A stretch of DNA of 64,000 nucleotides from Oligoflexia bacterium (GCA_963758495.1 CAVWVI010000003.1:960001-1024000); one strand, 5' to 3'. Counted from the stretch's first letter, positions 39,672-50,681 are shown. Translations and numbers: made by a program. The notes: generated from the sequence alone by a model not told the origin.

Positions 39672-41408
39672 TTACTTGATTTTATCATTTTTAGGAAGAA
39701 TTTTCCAGATCTGCCAGAATGGACCCTCTTGTATGCGCACCCAACCTGATTTCAAATAAGCAGGGGCTTCGATCTTTGCATCTAGGGCTACATATTGGAC
39801 TTTAAAGCGCACTAAAGACTGGTCAAACTTTTTTGAAATCTCAGTATAGCTTTGGATTCTCTCTTGTAAGAGTTCGTCTCTACCCGAGATTTTTCGAAAC
39901 CAAGGCCCCCAAACCAAGTCTTTCAAGATGATCGTTTGAGCCTTAATAAAACTCTCCTGGGATTGACCCAATAAAATACCATTCAATGCGATGCGATCAT
40001 TCCACTCCAAGTGAGTAACGGTGGGACTGACCATTACAAAATAGGAATCAAGTGGTCTTTGATCTTCCAGAACCGACGCAAAGGAGAGAAATGTTTCATC
40101 ACCTGCCAGAACTGAATTTTGTTTCAAGGGAGGCACTGAAGCTTGAACTCTTTGTTGCTGGTAGTGAACCAACTGCCCCATCAGAAAAGAGGATTGGCTA
40201 CTTCTAGTGACTTCCTGTTTTCTAATCCATAAACCCACACAGAGCTGACTTACGACTAACACCAGAATTCCAGTTTTTAGCCATTCTCCCGAGATCTTTA
40301 ATTTTTTTATTTCATCGAAAAAAAGAAGTAATAAAAGAATCCCAAGAAAGGGACTCCAATAGTAATTCCAGTGAAAATTTTGAATCTGAAGATGACTGAA
40401 AATCTGATGATTGAGAAGTAATAAACCCGCTAGTGCATTTGCCCAAAGAAACCTCAAATCACTTCTTCGTTTCCAAACCCAATAGAATGCAATAAGTAGA
40501 AGCGTGGGTCCAACTTTAGGAAAAATCAGCTCACTGAAGCGATCAATGGGTAAAAACATATCCGCTCGTTGAAGCCAATCAGGCGATGTTGCCAGCTTCA
40601 AAAGGTAATGTTTTAAGAAGAACGGGAATCCGAATAAGCATCCGATCCAAGTAATTTTAAAATAAGTTTTCCAGTGCCGAGAGTCGAATACCCAGCTCAG
40701 AAGAAGGCCTAAAAGGGCTGCCGTCCAAAAATAGAAATAAACATGAAATAATAAACCCAACCCTAGTCCTGCAAGAACCACTCTGGCTGTATTAGGCTTT
40801 TCTCGAGCTCTGATTACAAGCCAAATATACAATTGAAGAAAAAACCAACTTAAACCCGGAGTAATAATTCTCCACTCTGGATGAAGTAAAAGCGGAGTTT
40901 CTAAATAAACTCTATTATGACGGACTACTGCTTCAAAAACGATCCAAAACTGCTTAAAAAACAACTTACCTTCGAGCAAACAAGACTCAGACAAAAGAAA
41001 AATTGCAAATGCACAGCTCCACCATCGATTACGGAGATAATGCTGAAAAATGAGATACCAGCCAAGTCCAATAGAGAGTCCCGCTAGACTTCTCCACACC
41101 AGACTGATCCCCAGTGAACCCAAGCCAAATAAATAGGCCAGAAAGGTACCAGGAAAGAGCTGAGCCCAGGGATACATAGTGGGCTTAGGCTCCGAAAACA
41201 TGGGATCTGTGAAGAAAAAAGGATGATGATGGTAAGCCTGAGCCGCAGTGTTTAAATAGATAGCAAGCTCATCTGTATCTGTTATCCAAAAAAAAGAACC
41301 TGTGTAAAAGCCCATGATCAGATGAGGAAGAGTGGAGATCAAACAGCCCACGATAAGAACCAATAAAAGAGGAAGAACAGTGTCCTGACTCAGTTTTTTA
41401 CTCAGCAT
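39672..41408 (-). CDS. Polytopic membrane protein, possibly GT-C-fold glycan-modifying enzyme
   Basis: About 11-12 TMs, acidic DTDE in the first loop, soluble C-terminal domain, locus context. Confidence 0.45.
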   Translation of the reverse strand: MLSKKLSQDTVLPLLLVLIVGCLISTLPHLIMGFYTGSFFWITDTDELAIYLNTAAQAYHHHPFFFTDPMFSEPKPTMYPWAQLFPGTFLAYLFGLGSLGISLVWRSLAGLSIGLGWYLIFQHYLRNRWWSCAFAIFLLSESCLLEGKLFFKQFWIVFEAVVRHNRVYLETPLLLHPEWRIITPGLSWFFLQLYIWLVIRAREKPNTARVVLAGLGLGLLFHVYFYFWTAALLGLLLSWVFDSRHWKTYFKITWIGCLFGFPFFLKHYLLKLATSPDWLQRADMFLPIDRFSELIFPKVGPTLLLIAFYWVWKRRSDLRFLWANALAGLLLLNHQIFSHLQIQNFHWNYYWSPFLGILLLLLFFDEIKKLKISGEWLKTGILVLVVSQLCVGLWIRKQEVTRSSQSSFLMGQLVHYQQQRVQASVPPLKQNSVLAGDETFLSFASVLEDQRPLDSYFVMVSPTVTHLEWNDRIALNGILLGQSQESFIKAQTIILKDLVWGPWFRKISGRDELLQERIQSYTEISKKFDQSLVRFKVQYVALDAKIEAPAYLKSGWVRIQEGPFWQIWKILPKNDKIK

Positions 41409-41521
41409 TTAAACAATAAAATATCAAATTTGACCCCACTTGTCTTAATTAAGTTTTGAACACTCCGATAATTAAGTTGTGTCACACATAGTCATTACCG
41501 GTGGAGCAAGTTACATGAGTT

Positions 41522-42283
41522 TTATGATTTATATTTTTCTAAAACTAAAAGGACATTGTAGGCAACTTTAGGACCTAAGGAAATACTCATGTCTATGAAT
41601 TGAATCCTTTTTATAATTTTAAATATGAAATGGGTAAATACCTGCGCACGATAAAATGGAAATAGAACCCAATCAAGTAAAGGTGTCACACCTGTCCCTC
41701 TCCAGCGCAATGTTCGAATTTGAAACCAAGGATGGATCAGTTCTTTTAATTCACGCAAATGAAAGTGATGGTGCCACACTACACCATGTTTTTGCCCTTC
41801 AAAGCCCTGATTTCTTCCTTCTCCCCCTATCCAATTGGAAACTAAATGATAAAGACGAGGTAATCGGAATCTCATATTCGCGGGGTCCATAACGGAAAAA
41901 ATCCCGTTATACGGAACTGTTACAATAAATACTCCTCCGTCTCGCAATACCCTATAAGCTTCTTGAATCACTCGTTGACGTAATTCAGCAGGAATATGCT
42001 CCAGGACTTCACAACATAGAATGACATCAACGCACTTATCCTCAATTGGAATTTCATCGGCAGATCCTTGAAAAATTTGACAATCAAGGACATAGGAAAG
42101 ACGTTTCTTTGCGATTTTAACTGCTTTCGGATTGATTTCAATTCCCCGCAAATGACGAACACCTAACTGATATACAAAGTCAAGGTTTTCGCCTTCATTA
42201 CAACCGATATCCAAAACAGTATCGGAACCTTCCGGTATATAAGATAAAGCATTCCATTTTGGAAAGAGATTATGAGAGTTCAA
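41522..42283 (-). CDS. Class I SAM-dependent methyltransferase
   Basis: VLDIGCNEG, GIEIN, EVLEHI, RVLRDGG...VTVP. Confidence 0.88.
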   Translation of the reverse strand: MNSHNLFPKWNALSYIPEGSDTVLDIGCNEGENLDFVYQLGVRHLRGIEINPKAVKIAKKRLSYVLDCQIFQGSADEIPIEDKCVDVILCCEVLEHIPAELRQRVIQEAYRVLRDGGVFIVTVPYNGIFSVMDPANMRFRLPRLYHLVSNWIGGEGRNQGFEGQKHGVVWHHHFHLRELKELIHPWFQIRTLRWRGTGVTPLLDWVLFPFYRAQVFTHFIFKIIKRIQFIDMSISLGPKVAYNVLLVLEKYKS

Positions 42284-43854
42284 GGAAAGACGCTGACTTT
42301 CTTCAAAATTAAATAGTCCAAAGGATTTAACTCAAAGTTTTTAACACGAGGTTTTACTAACGCTAAGTTAGATTCATAGTAAAGAGGTACAATCACTGTT
42401 TCAACCTCTAATAGAATTTTTTGCAAATCCAGATACATTTTCTCTCTTTCCGTTGGATTCTGAGACTGACGCGCTAACTCAACTAGGTTGTCAAAGTGAT
42501 CATTTTTCCAATCTGTTCGACTATTACCGGAAGCACTTGTAAAGAGAGAGAGAAATGAATCAGGGTCAGGGTAATCGGCCGTCCAGGTAAAATCAAATAG
42601 AGGAAAAGTAAGGAGATCCAACTGAGTTCGGTAACTTTTATTATCTAAAGGATGAATAACTACATTGATCCCGAGATTTTTTTTGAGTTCATCTCGAATA
42701 AATTGTGCCACAGCGAGTGATTTATCCCAGTTAGGAACAACATAGTCGATACTGAAAGTACCGTTTGTATCTAGTCCAGAGTTCTTTAGTTCCACTTTTG
42801 CCAATTCAAGATTGTAGGGAAGGCCAATATTTTTTGAATAGCCCATCATCTGGGGTGGTACAAAGGAGGTGGCGGGCTCTTGTCCACTCTGTAGTATTTT
42901 GATCAATTTTGTCTTGTCTATCGCCATGGCAATCGCTCGTCTAAATTTAACATTAGAAATAGGATATTTGTTGGTTACAAATCCTAAAAATCCTGTTTTC
43001 AAATGGGAAAATTTTCTCAGATCGGAGTGGTTTCTTAAACGGCTCATATCCACGGTTGCGATATCAGTTAAAAAATCCAATTTACCCGCCTCATAGAGGG
43101 ATAAGGCCGTAGCATCATCTTTGAGAATCAGCGCTACAATTTGATCAACATTTCCTCTGACGCCATAATAGTTGGGATTCGCCTTCAAAATAATTTTACT
43201 ATCTATGTCGTGGGTATCTAGGGAATAGGGCCCCAAACTCACCATTCGGCCTGGCGTCTCCCAGCCCGAACCAAATTTCTCTACAACATCTTGGCGCATA
43301 GGGTAGGTTACCCAGAAGGCTGGAATGTAAATCCAATGCGCGACTGGATGCTTCAAGGTAACTTGCAAGGAAAGGGATGTGGTGGCTTTAACTCCAACTT
43401 TTTGAAAATCTAGGATTTTTCCCTGATTATACGCTTCCGCTCCTTCAATATCGAAAAGAAAATAAGCATAGGGAGCTGCCGTAAGGGGTGACAGCAACCT
43501 CTTCCAACTATAAACAAAATCCTCTGCCCTCAAAGGGACACCATCAGACCACTTTACCCCTGGCCTGATCTTGAAAGTGTAAACTTTCCCATCAGGGCTT
43601 TTAGTCCAACTTTCAGCCAGTGTAGGTGAGACTTTTAATTCCGAATCAAAGGAAACCAATCCTTCCATGAGATTCATCAAAATATAGGATTCAACCAAAG
43701 TATGAGCACGATTCCAATCCAGACTCTCCGGCTCTCCTCGGATTCTAAAACTGAGTGTCTTGCCAGTTGGAACTGGCTCTGCTTGTGAGAAACGTATATT
43801 TATTAAAAAACCAATACATAAGAAAATAATTAGAATTTTGAGTTTAATCAACAA
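42280..43854 (-). CDS. oppA: Peptide ABC transporter substrate-binding protein (family 5)
   Basis: GEPESLD, LMEGLV, KWSDG.P..AEDFVYSWKR, WTADYPDP. Confidence 0.9.
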   Translation of the reverse strand: MLIKLKILIIFLCIGFLINIRFSQAEPVPTGKTLSFRIRGEPESLDWNRAHTLVESYILMNLMEGLVSFDSELKVSPTLAESWTKSPDGKVYTFKIRPGVKWSDGVPLRAEDFVYSWKRLLSPLTAAPYAYFLFDIEGAEAYNQGKILDFQKVGVKATTSLSLQVTLKHPVAHWIYIPAFWVTYPMRQDVVEKFGSGWETPGRMVSLGPYSLDTHDIDSKIILKANPNYYGVRGNVDQIVALILKDDATALSLYEAGKLDFLTDIATVDMSRLRNHSDLRKFSHLKTGFLGFVTNKYPISNVKFRRAIAMAIDKTKLIKILQSGQEPATSFVPPQMMGYSKNIGLPYNLELAKVELKNSGLDTNGTFSIDYVVPNWDKSLAVAQFIRDELKKNLGINVVIHPLDNKSYRTQLDLLTFPLFDFTWTADYPDPDSFLSLFTSASGNSRTDWKNDHFDNLVELARQSQNPTEREKMYLDLQKILLEVETVIVPLYYESNLALVKPRVKNFELNPLDYLILKKVSVFP

Positions 43855-45415
43855 GATCCACCTTCTTTAGATTGAGATAGTTAACTGGATTCAATTCTAA
43901 ATTTCGAACTCTGGAATGCATTAAGGCTTTAATCGGTTCATAATACAAAGGTACAACGATCGCTTCTTTTTGAAGCAATATCTTTTGCAGTTCAATATAT
44001 TTTTTTTCTCTTTCCAGTTGATTCAAAGAATGTGCGGCTTTATTCGTAAGGGTATCAAACATGATATTTTTCCAATGACTATGATTATTACCGGAGTAGC
44101 TTAAAAATACAGATAAAAAATTATCTGGGTCAGGATAATCTGCTGACCAACCCGTTAAAAACCCTGCATAAGCATGAGTATTTAACTTAGATCGATAGGT
44201 TTTATTATCATAGGGATATAAAATGACTTCCAATCCTAAGTTTTTTTTCAATTCATTTTGAATAAATTGTGCAGTAACAAGTGCCTTTTCTAAATTTAAT
44301 ACAGTCAAACCTAATCGAATCGGGCGAGAGAAATCTAAACCAGACGCTCTCAATTCAGCTCGTGCCTGAATAGGGTCAAATTTTAGCCCAACATCTTTAG
44401 AGTATCCCATAATCAAAGGAGGAACAAAAGAAGTGGCAGGAGTTTGCCCTCCATGAAGTAGCTCAGCCAACTGTCCTTTATCAATTGACATTGCAATTGC
44501 TCGTCTTAACTTAACGTTGGACGTGGGGTATTGATCATCTGTAACCCATCCTAAATATCCTACTTTTAGATAAGGGAAAGTTTTCAGATCAGCTCGCTTT
44601 TCTAACCTTTTTAAATCAAACAAAGAAATATCGGTCAGAAAATCTAATTTACCCGCTTCATAGAGATTTAAAGCGGTTGCATCGTCGCTTACCACTTGTC
44701 CCACTATCTGATCTACATTTCCTCTTTTTCCATAATAAAAAGGATTCTTTTTCATCACGATTTTAGACTCTAAAACATGTTCTGATAAAAGATAGGGGCC
44801 AAGGGTGACTATATGCTTGGGTATCTCCCATGATGAGCCCTGCTTTTGTACGACATCCTCGCGAAGAGGGAACGTTACCCAAAAGGTTGGAACATAGAGC
44901 CAATGGGCCACAGAATGCTTCAGCTTTACTTCCAGGGTAAAATCATCGAGCGCTCTTACTCCCACTTTTTCAAAGTCTTTAATTTTCCCTTGATTGTAGC
45001 TTTCAGCATTTTCAATATCGTAGAGGAAATAGGCATAACTTGCAGCAGTTGCTGGTGTTAGCAGACGTTTCCAGCTATAAACAAAATCTTTCGCTTTGAG
45101 AACAACACCGTCTGACCATTTTACGTTCGATCTGAGCTTAAAACGAAACGTCCTACCATCTGAACTGACCTTCCAACTGTGGGCAAGAGCAGGCACTATT
45201 TTTAAATTTGAATCCAATCCAACGAGTCCTTCCATGAGATTCGTTAAGATATAAGTTTCAAAGGGAGTGTGAGCCCGATTCCAGTCTAAAGTTTCTGGCT
45301 CACCTAATAATCGAAATGTCAAAATTTTATCAGCTCCCCAAAGCCAGCAGGGAGTTGAAATCAAGCAAATAGAAACAATCAACTTTAATAAAATATTTAG
45401 AGCAAGCGCTCTCAT
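43844..45415 (-). CDS. oppA: Peptide ABC transporter substrate-binding protein (tandem paralogue)
   Basis: Same motifs; long identical stretches shared with 42280..43854. Confidence 0.9.
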   Translation of the reverse strand: MRALALNILLKLIVSICLISTPCWLWGADKILTFRLLGEPETLDWNRAHTPFETYILTNLMEGLVGLDSNLKIVPALAHSWKVSSDGRTFRFKLRSNVKWSDGVVLKAKDFVYSWKRLLTPATAASYAYFLYDIENAESYNQGKIKDFEKVGVRALDDFTLEVKLKHSVAHWLYVPTFWVTFPLREDVVQKQGSSWEIPKHIVTLGPYLLSEHVLESKIVMKKNPFYYGKRGNVDQIVGQVVSDDATALNLYEAGKLDFLTDISLFDLKRLEKRADLKTFPYLKVGYLGWVTDDQYPTSNVKLRRAIAMSIDKGQLAELLHGGQTPATSFVPPLIMGYSKDVGLKFDPIQARAELRASGLDFSRPIRLGLTVLNLEKALVTAQFIQNELKKNLGLEVILYPYDNKTYRSKLNTHAYAGFLTGWSADYPDPDNFLSVFLSYSGNNHSHWKNIMFDTLTNKAAHSLNQLEREKKYIELQKILLQKEAIVVPLYYEPIKALMHSRVRNLELNPVNYLNLKKVDLVD

Positions 45416-45418
45416 TTA

Positions 45419-45730
45419 CTAATAATTGTCATCTATATTGATCACTTCTACAACTACATCTCCATGAACTCGTGCTTGGCATCCTAAACGAGAACGATTC
45501 TGTGATGCAGTAGCCCTCTCGACACGCTCGATCTCATCCTCTTCCATTTCAGAAAGGGACTGATCTCCGACTTTCACAACGATATGACAGGTAGTACAGG
45601 CGCAGAAGCCTCCACAAGCATGTTGAATGGGTACATCATGATTAATGGCAACATCTAGGATACTTTCGCCCTCTTTAGCTTCACAACTGATATTCATCGG
45701 TAAAAATGTAACTTTTGGCATAATACTCAA
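45419..45730 (-). CDS. fdx: ISC 2Fe-2S ferredoxin
   Basis: HACGGFCACTTCH and SRLGCQ; last gene of the isc operon. Confidence 0.92.
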   Translation of the reverse strand: MSIMPKVTFLPMNISCEAKEGESILDVAINHDVPIQHACGGFCACTTCHIVVKVGDQSLSEMEEDEIERVERATASQNRSRLGCQARVHGDVVVEVINIDDNY

Positions 45731-45738
45731 CTTTTCAT

Positions 45739-47587
45739 TTAATTAAGGTTTTTTTGAGAAGAAGAAGTAGAAGAAAGTGTCTCTTTTATTAAAAGTTCCG
45801 CAAGACGAATTGTTGTTTGATTTAAATACGAACTTGCATCGCGGATTCTCTGAATATCTTCGCCAACCAATGCAGCTTTTAGCTTCTCTATGGCTTCCTG
45901 AATGATTCGAACCTCTGATACAGAAAGAACTCGAGAGGCATCTGGCAATTTCTTCTCAGCAGCTCGTAAAACCGGCTCTGCTTCATTTCGTATCTCAATA
46001 ATCTGCGATAACCGATATCGGCTTCGGCATTCTCGATACCTGCCATAAGCATTTTTCGACTTCCTCATCAGTTAATCCATAGCTAGGACGGACTTCGATA
46101 GATTGTTCATTTCCTTTTTAAATCCTTTGCAGCAACTTGTAAAATTCCATCGGCATCAATTAAAAAAGTCACTTCAATCCGGGGCATCCCTGCCGGCATG
46201 GGTTGAATTCCTTTGAGCTTAAACTTAGCCAAACTCCGATTATCTTCTACCTTCTCTCGTTCACCTTGAAGAACATGAATATCAACCCCCGTTTGATTGT
46301 CCACAAAGGTGGTGAAAGTCTCACGAGCTACTGTAGGAATTCGAGTATTTCTGGGAATCAAAGGCGACATCAAGCCACCATAGGTTTCCAATCCCAGAGA
46401 GAGAGGAACAACATCTAAAAGAAGAAGATCCTTATTATTTCCGGACAAAATATCAGCTTGAATCGCAGCCCCTTCTGCAACCACTTCATCGGGATGAACA
46501 GAGGTGTTTGGCTCCCGAGCAAAGATCTCCCGACTAAATCTTTGGACAAATTTGAGTCGAGTAGGCCCTCCTACCAACACTACATCCGATAGATCTGCCA
46601 AATTCAAACCTGCATCTTCAAGGGCTTTCAGACACGGACCTCGGGTACGATTTAAAACCGGTTTGACCAAGTTTTCAAACTCTTCCAACGTCCAATTGCG
46701 TCTGAAACTTTTTTCCATGTACCGAGCATTTCAAAAACGGCTTCAGAATTTTCTGAAAGCGATAACTTTGTCTTTTCAGATGCTTCAAGCAATGAGGCAT
46801 GAAGTTGAATATCTGAAAAAGGATCCACACCATAACTCTGGAAAATTTCCTTTGCCGCTACACCAGCAATTGCATGATCGAGATCATCGCCCCCTAATGC
46901 AGTGTCTCCACTGGTGGCCAATACTTCAAAAATTCCATCATGAAGCTTTAAAATTGAAACATCAAAAGTGCCGCCACCTAAATCATAGACGGCAATGAGT
47001 CCCTGGCGTTTTCGATCTAACCCGTAGGCAAGAGAAGCCGCAGTAGGTTCATTGATTATTCTTAACACATCCCAACCTGCAAGCCGTCCGGCCATTCGAG
47101 TGGCCTGCCTTTGCGAATCATTAAAATAAGCCGGAACAGTAATCACCGCTCGACTTACGGGACAACCTAATGCCGCTTCCGCAGCCGACTTGAGCTCCTT
47201 GAGAATCATGGCTGATATCTCGATTGCAGTGTAGGTATGCTTACCGACTTTAATGCGTACAATGCCTTCCCCTGACACTGTTTCATAAGGCAGTGAATCT
47301 TTAATTGTTTTCAGATCTTCAAAACTGCGACCTAGGAGGCGCTTTACAGAAAATACGGTATGCTCTGCGTCTCTCACTTTTCTCTTTTTAGCTTCACTAC
47401 CAATTACCGGTTTATCATTCAAAAAAGAAACGACGGAAGGAATCAAATGTCCTCCATCTCGTGAATTCAATACTCGGGGCTTACCTTCTTGAACTATTGC
47501 AACCAAACTATTCGTGGTGCCAAGATCAATCCCCACGATTGGGCTTACTGTAACTTGAGAGTTGGGTGAATCAATTTGAATTGGCAT
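45739..47587 (-). pseudogene. hscA: Fe-S chaperone HscA (Hsp70), interrupted by about four frameshifts (real decay or assembly errors)
   Basis: [39 protein letters not shown] and SYGLTDEEV motifs spread over different frames; lies between hscB and fdx. Confidence 0.88.
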
Positions 47588-48269
47588 TTTTCTTAATCCG
47601 TTCTACATCTTTTTCTATGGATTTCAAATAACTCTGGGATTGAATCTCTTGAGCTAATCGTTCTAAAATTTGAGATGAGGGATGAAGATCATACTCAGCT
47701 TCAAAAGAAATTAAATTTCTCTCTGCATCCCGCTTTAAACGATTTAACTCAATTTCAAATTCTATGAGTTTCTTCTGGGCATTGTGTGGATCATCCATCC
47801 ACAAATCCTGAATTTCAAACCATGCCTCAGCTAATTCTATAGGCATCGTTGTTTTTCCACCGACCGTTTTACCAGTAGAAGAAACTTGAATCCCTTCAAG
47901 AGTCAAAAAATACTCGCGTAACCGCACGGGAGCTTTCAAAGTCCCATAGGCCTGATTTAAAAAACTCATCCGCTTCAAGGAAAGACTCATAGCATCTGAA
48001 TGAGAAGTAGTAAATCGGTCTGGGTGCAAGAGCCGAGAAATCTCATAAAATCGTTTCTCTAGTTCTTGACGGTCGAGCGAGAATTTACGTGGCATTCCCA
48101 AAGCACTGAAATAATCTTCAGACGAAGACACAGGCTGAGGAAACCCACATGCCGAACAGACATGGATAGAGAGAAAACCCTCTAACAAATGTGCACACTG
48201 CGCACATTTACGCTGAGAAACTACTACCGCAACCACAAGTGCGCTTCGCGTTTGGGTTATTAAAGACAA
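47571..48269 (-). CDS. hscB: Co-chaperone HscB with N-terminal tetracysteine zinc ribbon; start uncertain
   Basis: CAQC...CSAC, DYFSALG, LHPDRF J-domain motif, LNQAY.TL. Confidence 0.88.
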   Translation of the reverse strand: MSLITQTRSALVVAVVVSQRKCAQCAHLLEGFLSIHVCSACGFPQPVSSSEDYFSALGMPRKFSLDRQELEKRFYEISRLLHPDRFTTSHSDAMSLSLKRMSFLNQAYGTLKAPVRLREYFLTLEGIQVSSTGKTVGGKTTMPIELAEAWFEIQDLWMDDPHNAQKKLIEFEIELNRLKRDAERNLISFEAEYDLHPSSQILERLAQEIQSQSYLKSIEKDVERIKKNANSN

Positions 48270-48537
48270 ATCCAGTACCTTCTAGACCATCTGTAAAGTC
48301 AAGTTGGGTTCCAGTCAGGTAAAGGAACGACTTCGCGTCACAGACAATTTTAATTCCATCTTTTTCAAACACTTTATCGGTTTCAACTGATGGCTGGTTA
48401 TCAAAGCCCAGTTTGTAACTCATGCCAGAACAACCACCACCTACTACTTTTACGCGAAGCATAGAACCACTCGCAGTAGCATCAGCTTGCTGAATGCGCT
48501 TAATTTCTGATACTGCTTTATCCGATACTGAAATCAT
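48208..48537 (-). CDS. iscA: Fe-S carrier IscA/HesB
   Basis: GGCSGMSY and [14 protein letters not shown]. Confidence 0.93.
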   Translation of the reverse strand: MISVSDKAVSEIKRIQQADATASGSMLRVKVVGGGCSGMSYKLGFDNQPSVETDKVFEKDGIKIVCDAKSFLYLTGTQLDFTDGLEGTGFVFNNPNAKRTCGCGSSFSA

Positions 48538-48932
48538 GCTGTTTTGACCTCCTTATTCTTTTTTAGATAGTCTGCAATAGCGGCCTTAATCGCATCTTCT
48601 GCAAGGACTGAGCAATGGATCTTGATAGGAGGTAAAGACAACTCTTGCACGATATCTGTATTTTTAATAGCCATCGCTTCATCGATGGTCTTGCCCTTGA
48701 TCCATTCTGTAGCAAGCGATGAACTTGCAATTGCGCTTCCACAACCAAACGTCTTAAACTTGGCCTCTTTAATCACTTGAGTGATATCATCGATTTCAAT
48801 CTGCAGTTTCATCACGTCACCACATTCAGGTGCACCGACTAAACCTGTACCGACGTTCGCAGCATTTTTATCGAGAGAACCGACATTCCTCGGATTCTCG
48901 TAATGATCAATTACCTTTTTTGTATATGCCAT
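48534..48932 (-). CDS. iscU: Fe-S scaffold IscU
   Basis: DHYENPRNVG, GAPECGDVM, FGCGSAIASSS, LPPIKIHCS. Confidence 0.96.
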   Translation of the reverse strand: MAYTKKVIDHYENPRNVGSLDKNAANVGTGLVGAPECGDVMKLQIEIDDITQVIKEAKFKTFGCGSAIASSSLATEWIKGKTIDEAMAIKNTDIVQELSLPPIKIHCSVLAEDAIKAAIADYLKKNKEVKTA

Positions 48933-48946
48933 AAATATTAACTCCT

Positions 48947-48974
48947 TTTTTACTTTAAAATTTTTACTTTAAAA
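48947..48974. repeat. 14-bp direct tandem repeat TTTTTACTTTAAAA x2 in the iscS-iscU spacer
   Basis: Read directly from the sequence. Confidence 0.7.
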
Positions 48975-48975
48975 A

Positions 48976-50190
48976 TTAATGTCCTGTCCAACTTACCGAT
49001 TTAAGATCCACACCTTCTTTAGCCATCTCGTAAAGCGGTGATAGATCTCTCAACTTCTTTACTGTGGTCACTACTTTTTTAAGGGCAAAATCAATCTCTT
49101 CTTCAGTACTGAATCTTCCCAAGCCAAATCGAATACTTGTATGAGCTAAGTCTTCTCCCACTCCAATACTTTTTAACACGTACGATGGTTCAAGACTCGC
49201 TGAAGTACAGGCAGACCCACTCGAGACAGCAAGTTCTTTCATCCCCATCATGAGAGATTCACCCTCTACAAAAGCAAAACTGACATTGAGGTTATTGGGT
49301 AATCGCTCTGTAGGATGACCATTCAGATAGATCTCATCAAGTTCCTCTTGAAGACCTGTCCATAGCCGCTCTCGTAATGCTTTAACTCTCACAGTCTCAG
49401 TAGGAAGGAGTTGTTGGGCCAATTCAGCCGCCTTTCCAAAACCTACGATTCCAGGCACATTGAGTGTCCCGGAACGCATTCCGCGCTCATGTCCACCGCC
49501 ATGAATTAAAGGAGAAAGCCGAACTCGTGGGTTCTTACGTCGAACATAAAGTGCAGCTATACCCTTGGGTCCGTATATTTTATGTGCTGTCAAAGAAAGG
49601 AGGTCAACTCCCATTTCTTCGACATCAAGCGGAACTTTCCCAGCTGCTTGAACAGCATCCGTATGAAATAAAACTCCCTTTTCTTTACACACTTTTCCAA
49701 TAGCAGCTATAGGATTAATGGTCCCAATTTCATTATTAGCCGCCATGATAGAAACCAGAATAGTCTTAGGAGTAATTGCATTTCGAATCACTTCGGCACT
49801 GACTTGCCCATATTGATCCACGGGGACATAAGTAATTTCAAAACCTTTTTTTTCAAGAAAATGGCAAGTATCCAAAACCGATTTATGTTCAATCGGAGAG
49901 GTAATAATATGATTGCCTTTCTCTTTATACATCTCAGCAGCACCGCTAATCGCGAGGTTATTACTTTCAGTTGCACCGCTCGTAAAAATGACTTCCTTTT
50001 CATGCGCTCCAATAAAGTGAGCGATTTGCTGGCGCGCCTTTTCGGCTGCCGCCTCCGCAGTCCAACCGAATTCATGATTACGGCTAGCTGCGTTTCCAAA
50101 AATCTCGGTAAAATAAGGCATCATGACCTTGAGGACCTCTGGGTCCATCGGAGTGGTTGCATGATAATCTAAATAAATGGGGAATTTCAT
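48976..50190 (-). CDS. iscS: Cysteine desulfurase IscS
   Basis: [52 protein letters not shown]. Confidence 0.96.
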   Translation of the reverse strand: MKFPIYLDYHATTPMDPEVLKVMMPYFTEIFGNAASRNHEFGWTAEAAAEKARQQIAHFIGAHEKEVIFTSGATESNNLAISGAAEMYKEKGNHIITSPIEHKSVLDTCHFLEKKGFEITYVPVDQYGQVSAEVIRNAITPKTILVSIMAANNEIGTINPIAAIGKVCKEKGVLFHTDAVQAAGKVPLDVEEMGVDLLSLTAHKIYGPKGIAALYVRRKNPRVRLSPLIHGGGHERGMRSGTLNVPGIVGFGKAAELAQQLLPTETVRVKALRERLWTGLQEELDEIYLNGHPTERLPNNLNVSFAFVEGESLMMGMKELAVSSGSACTSASLEPSYVLKSIGVGEDLAHTSIRFGLGRFSTEEEIDFALKKVVTTVKKLRDLSPLYEMAKEGVDLKSVSWTGH

Positions 50191-50669
50191 TGTAATACTT
50201 CCTTTGCTTTAAATTCTTCTAATGACACGAGGGTATTATTAGATGACCCTTCCGTAAGTTCAGCCAATTGAATCCCGGCTAAAAGCTGAACAATTCGTGT
50301 ATTGAGCTGACTCATGAAATGTCGGATTTCACACCGACTTCCATACTCACAATCACTGGATTGATGCTCGGGTGTACCTGCACAAACGACGACCGACTGA
50401 GGCCCTTCCATCAACTCCAAAAACTCCGCGAGTGATACCTCTCCTAAAGATCGTTGCAGCGTATAACCCCCTTTTGCGCCATGGGCCGATTGAATCAGGC
50501 CAGTATCTTTCAATCGTTGTAAAGTTTTTGCTGTGATCTCAAACGGAAGACCATACGAGTCCGCAATTTCTCGTGCGCTAGTGACTTCATTGGGATAAGA
50601 AGAACACTTACGACTAATATGACGCAATGCGATCAACCCATATTCTGTGGTTCGGTTTAATTTAATCAT
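50187..50669 (-). CDS. iscR: Rrf2-family regulator, IscR-like
   Basis: [19 protein letters not shown] wing, three C-terminal Cys; first gene of the isc operon. Confidence 0.85.
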   Translation of the reverse strand: MIKLNRTTEYGLIALRHISRKCSSYPNEVTSAREIADSYGLPFEITAKTLQRLKDTGLIQSAHGAKGGYTLQRSLGEVSLAEFLELMEGPQSVVVCAGTPEHQSSDCEYGSRCEIRHFMSQLNTRIVQLLAGIQLAELTEGSSNNTLVSLEEFKAKEVLQ

Positions 50670-50681
50670 GATCGACCTTTC

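Noticed and set aside
46705..46718. Programmed -1 frameshift at an AAAAAAG run in hscA
   Set aside because: Heptamer is not in the canonical X XXY YYZ phase, and three more frame breaks follow downstream
46504..46998. 164-aa plus-strand ORF opposite hscA
   Set aside because: Antisense open frames are common opposite Hsp70 genes; no SD or motif seen
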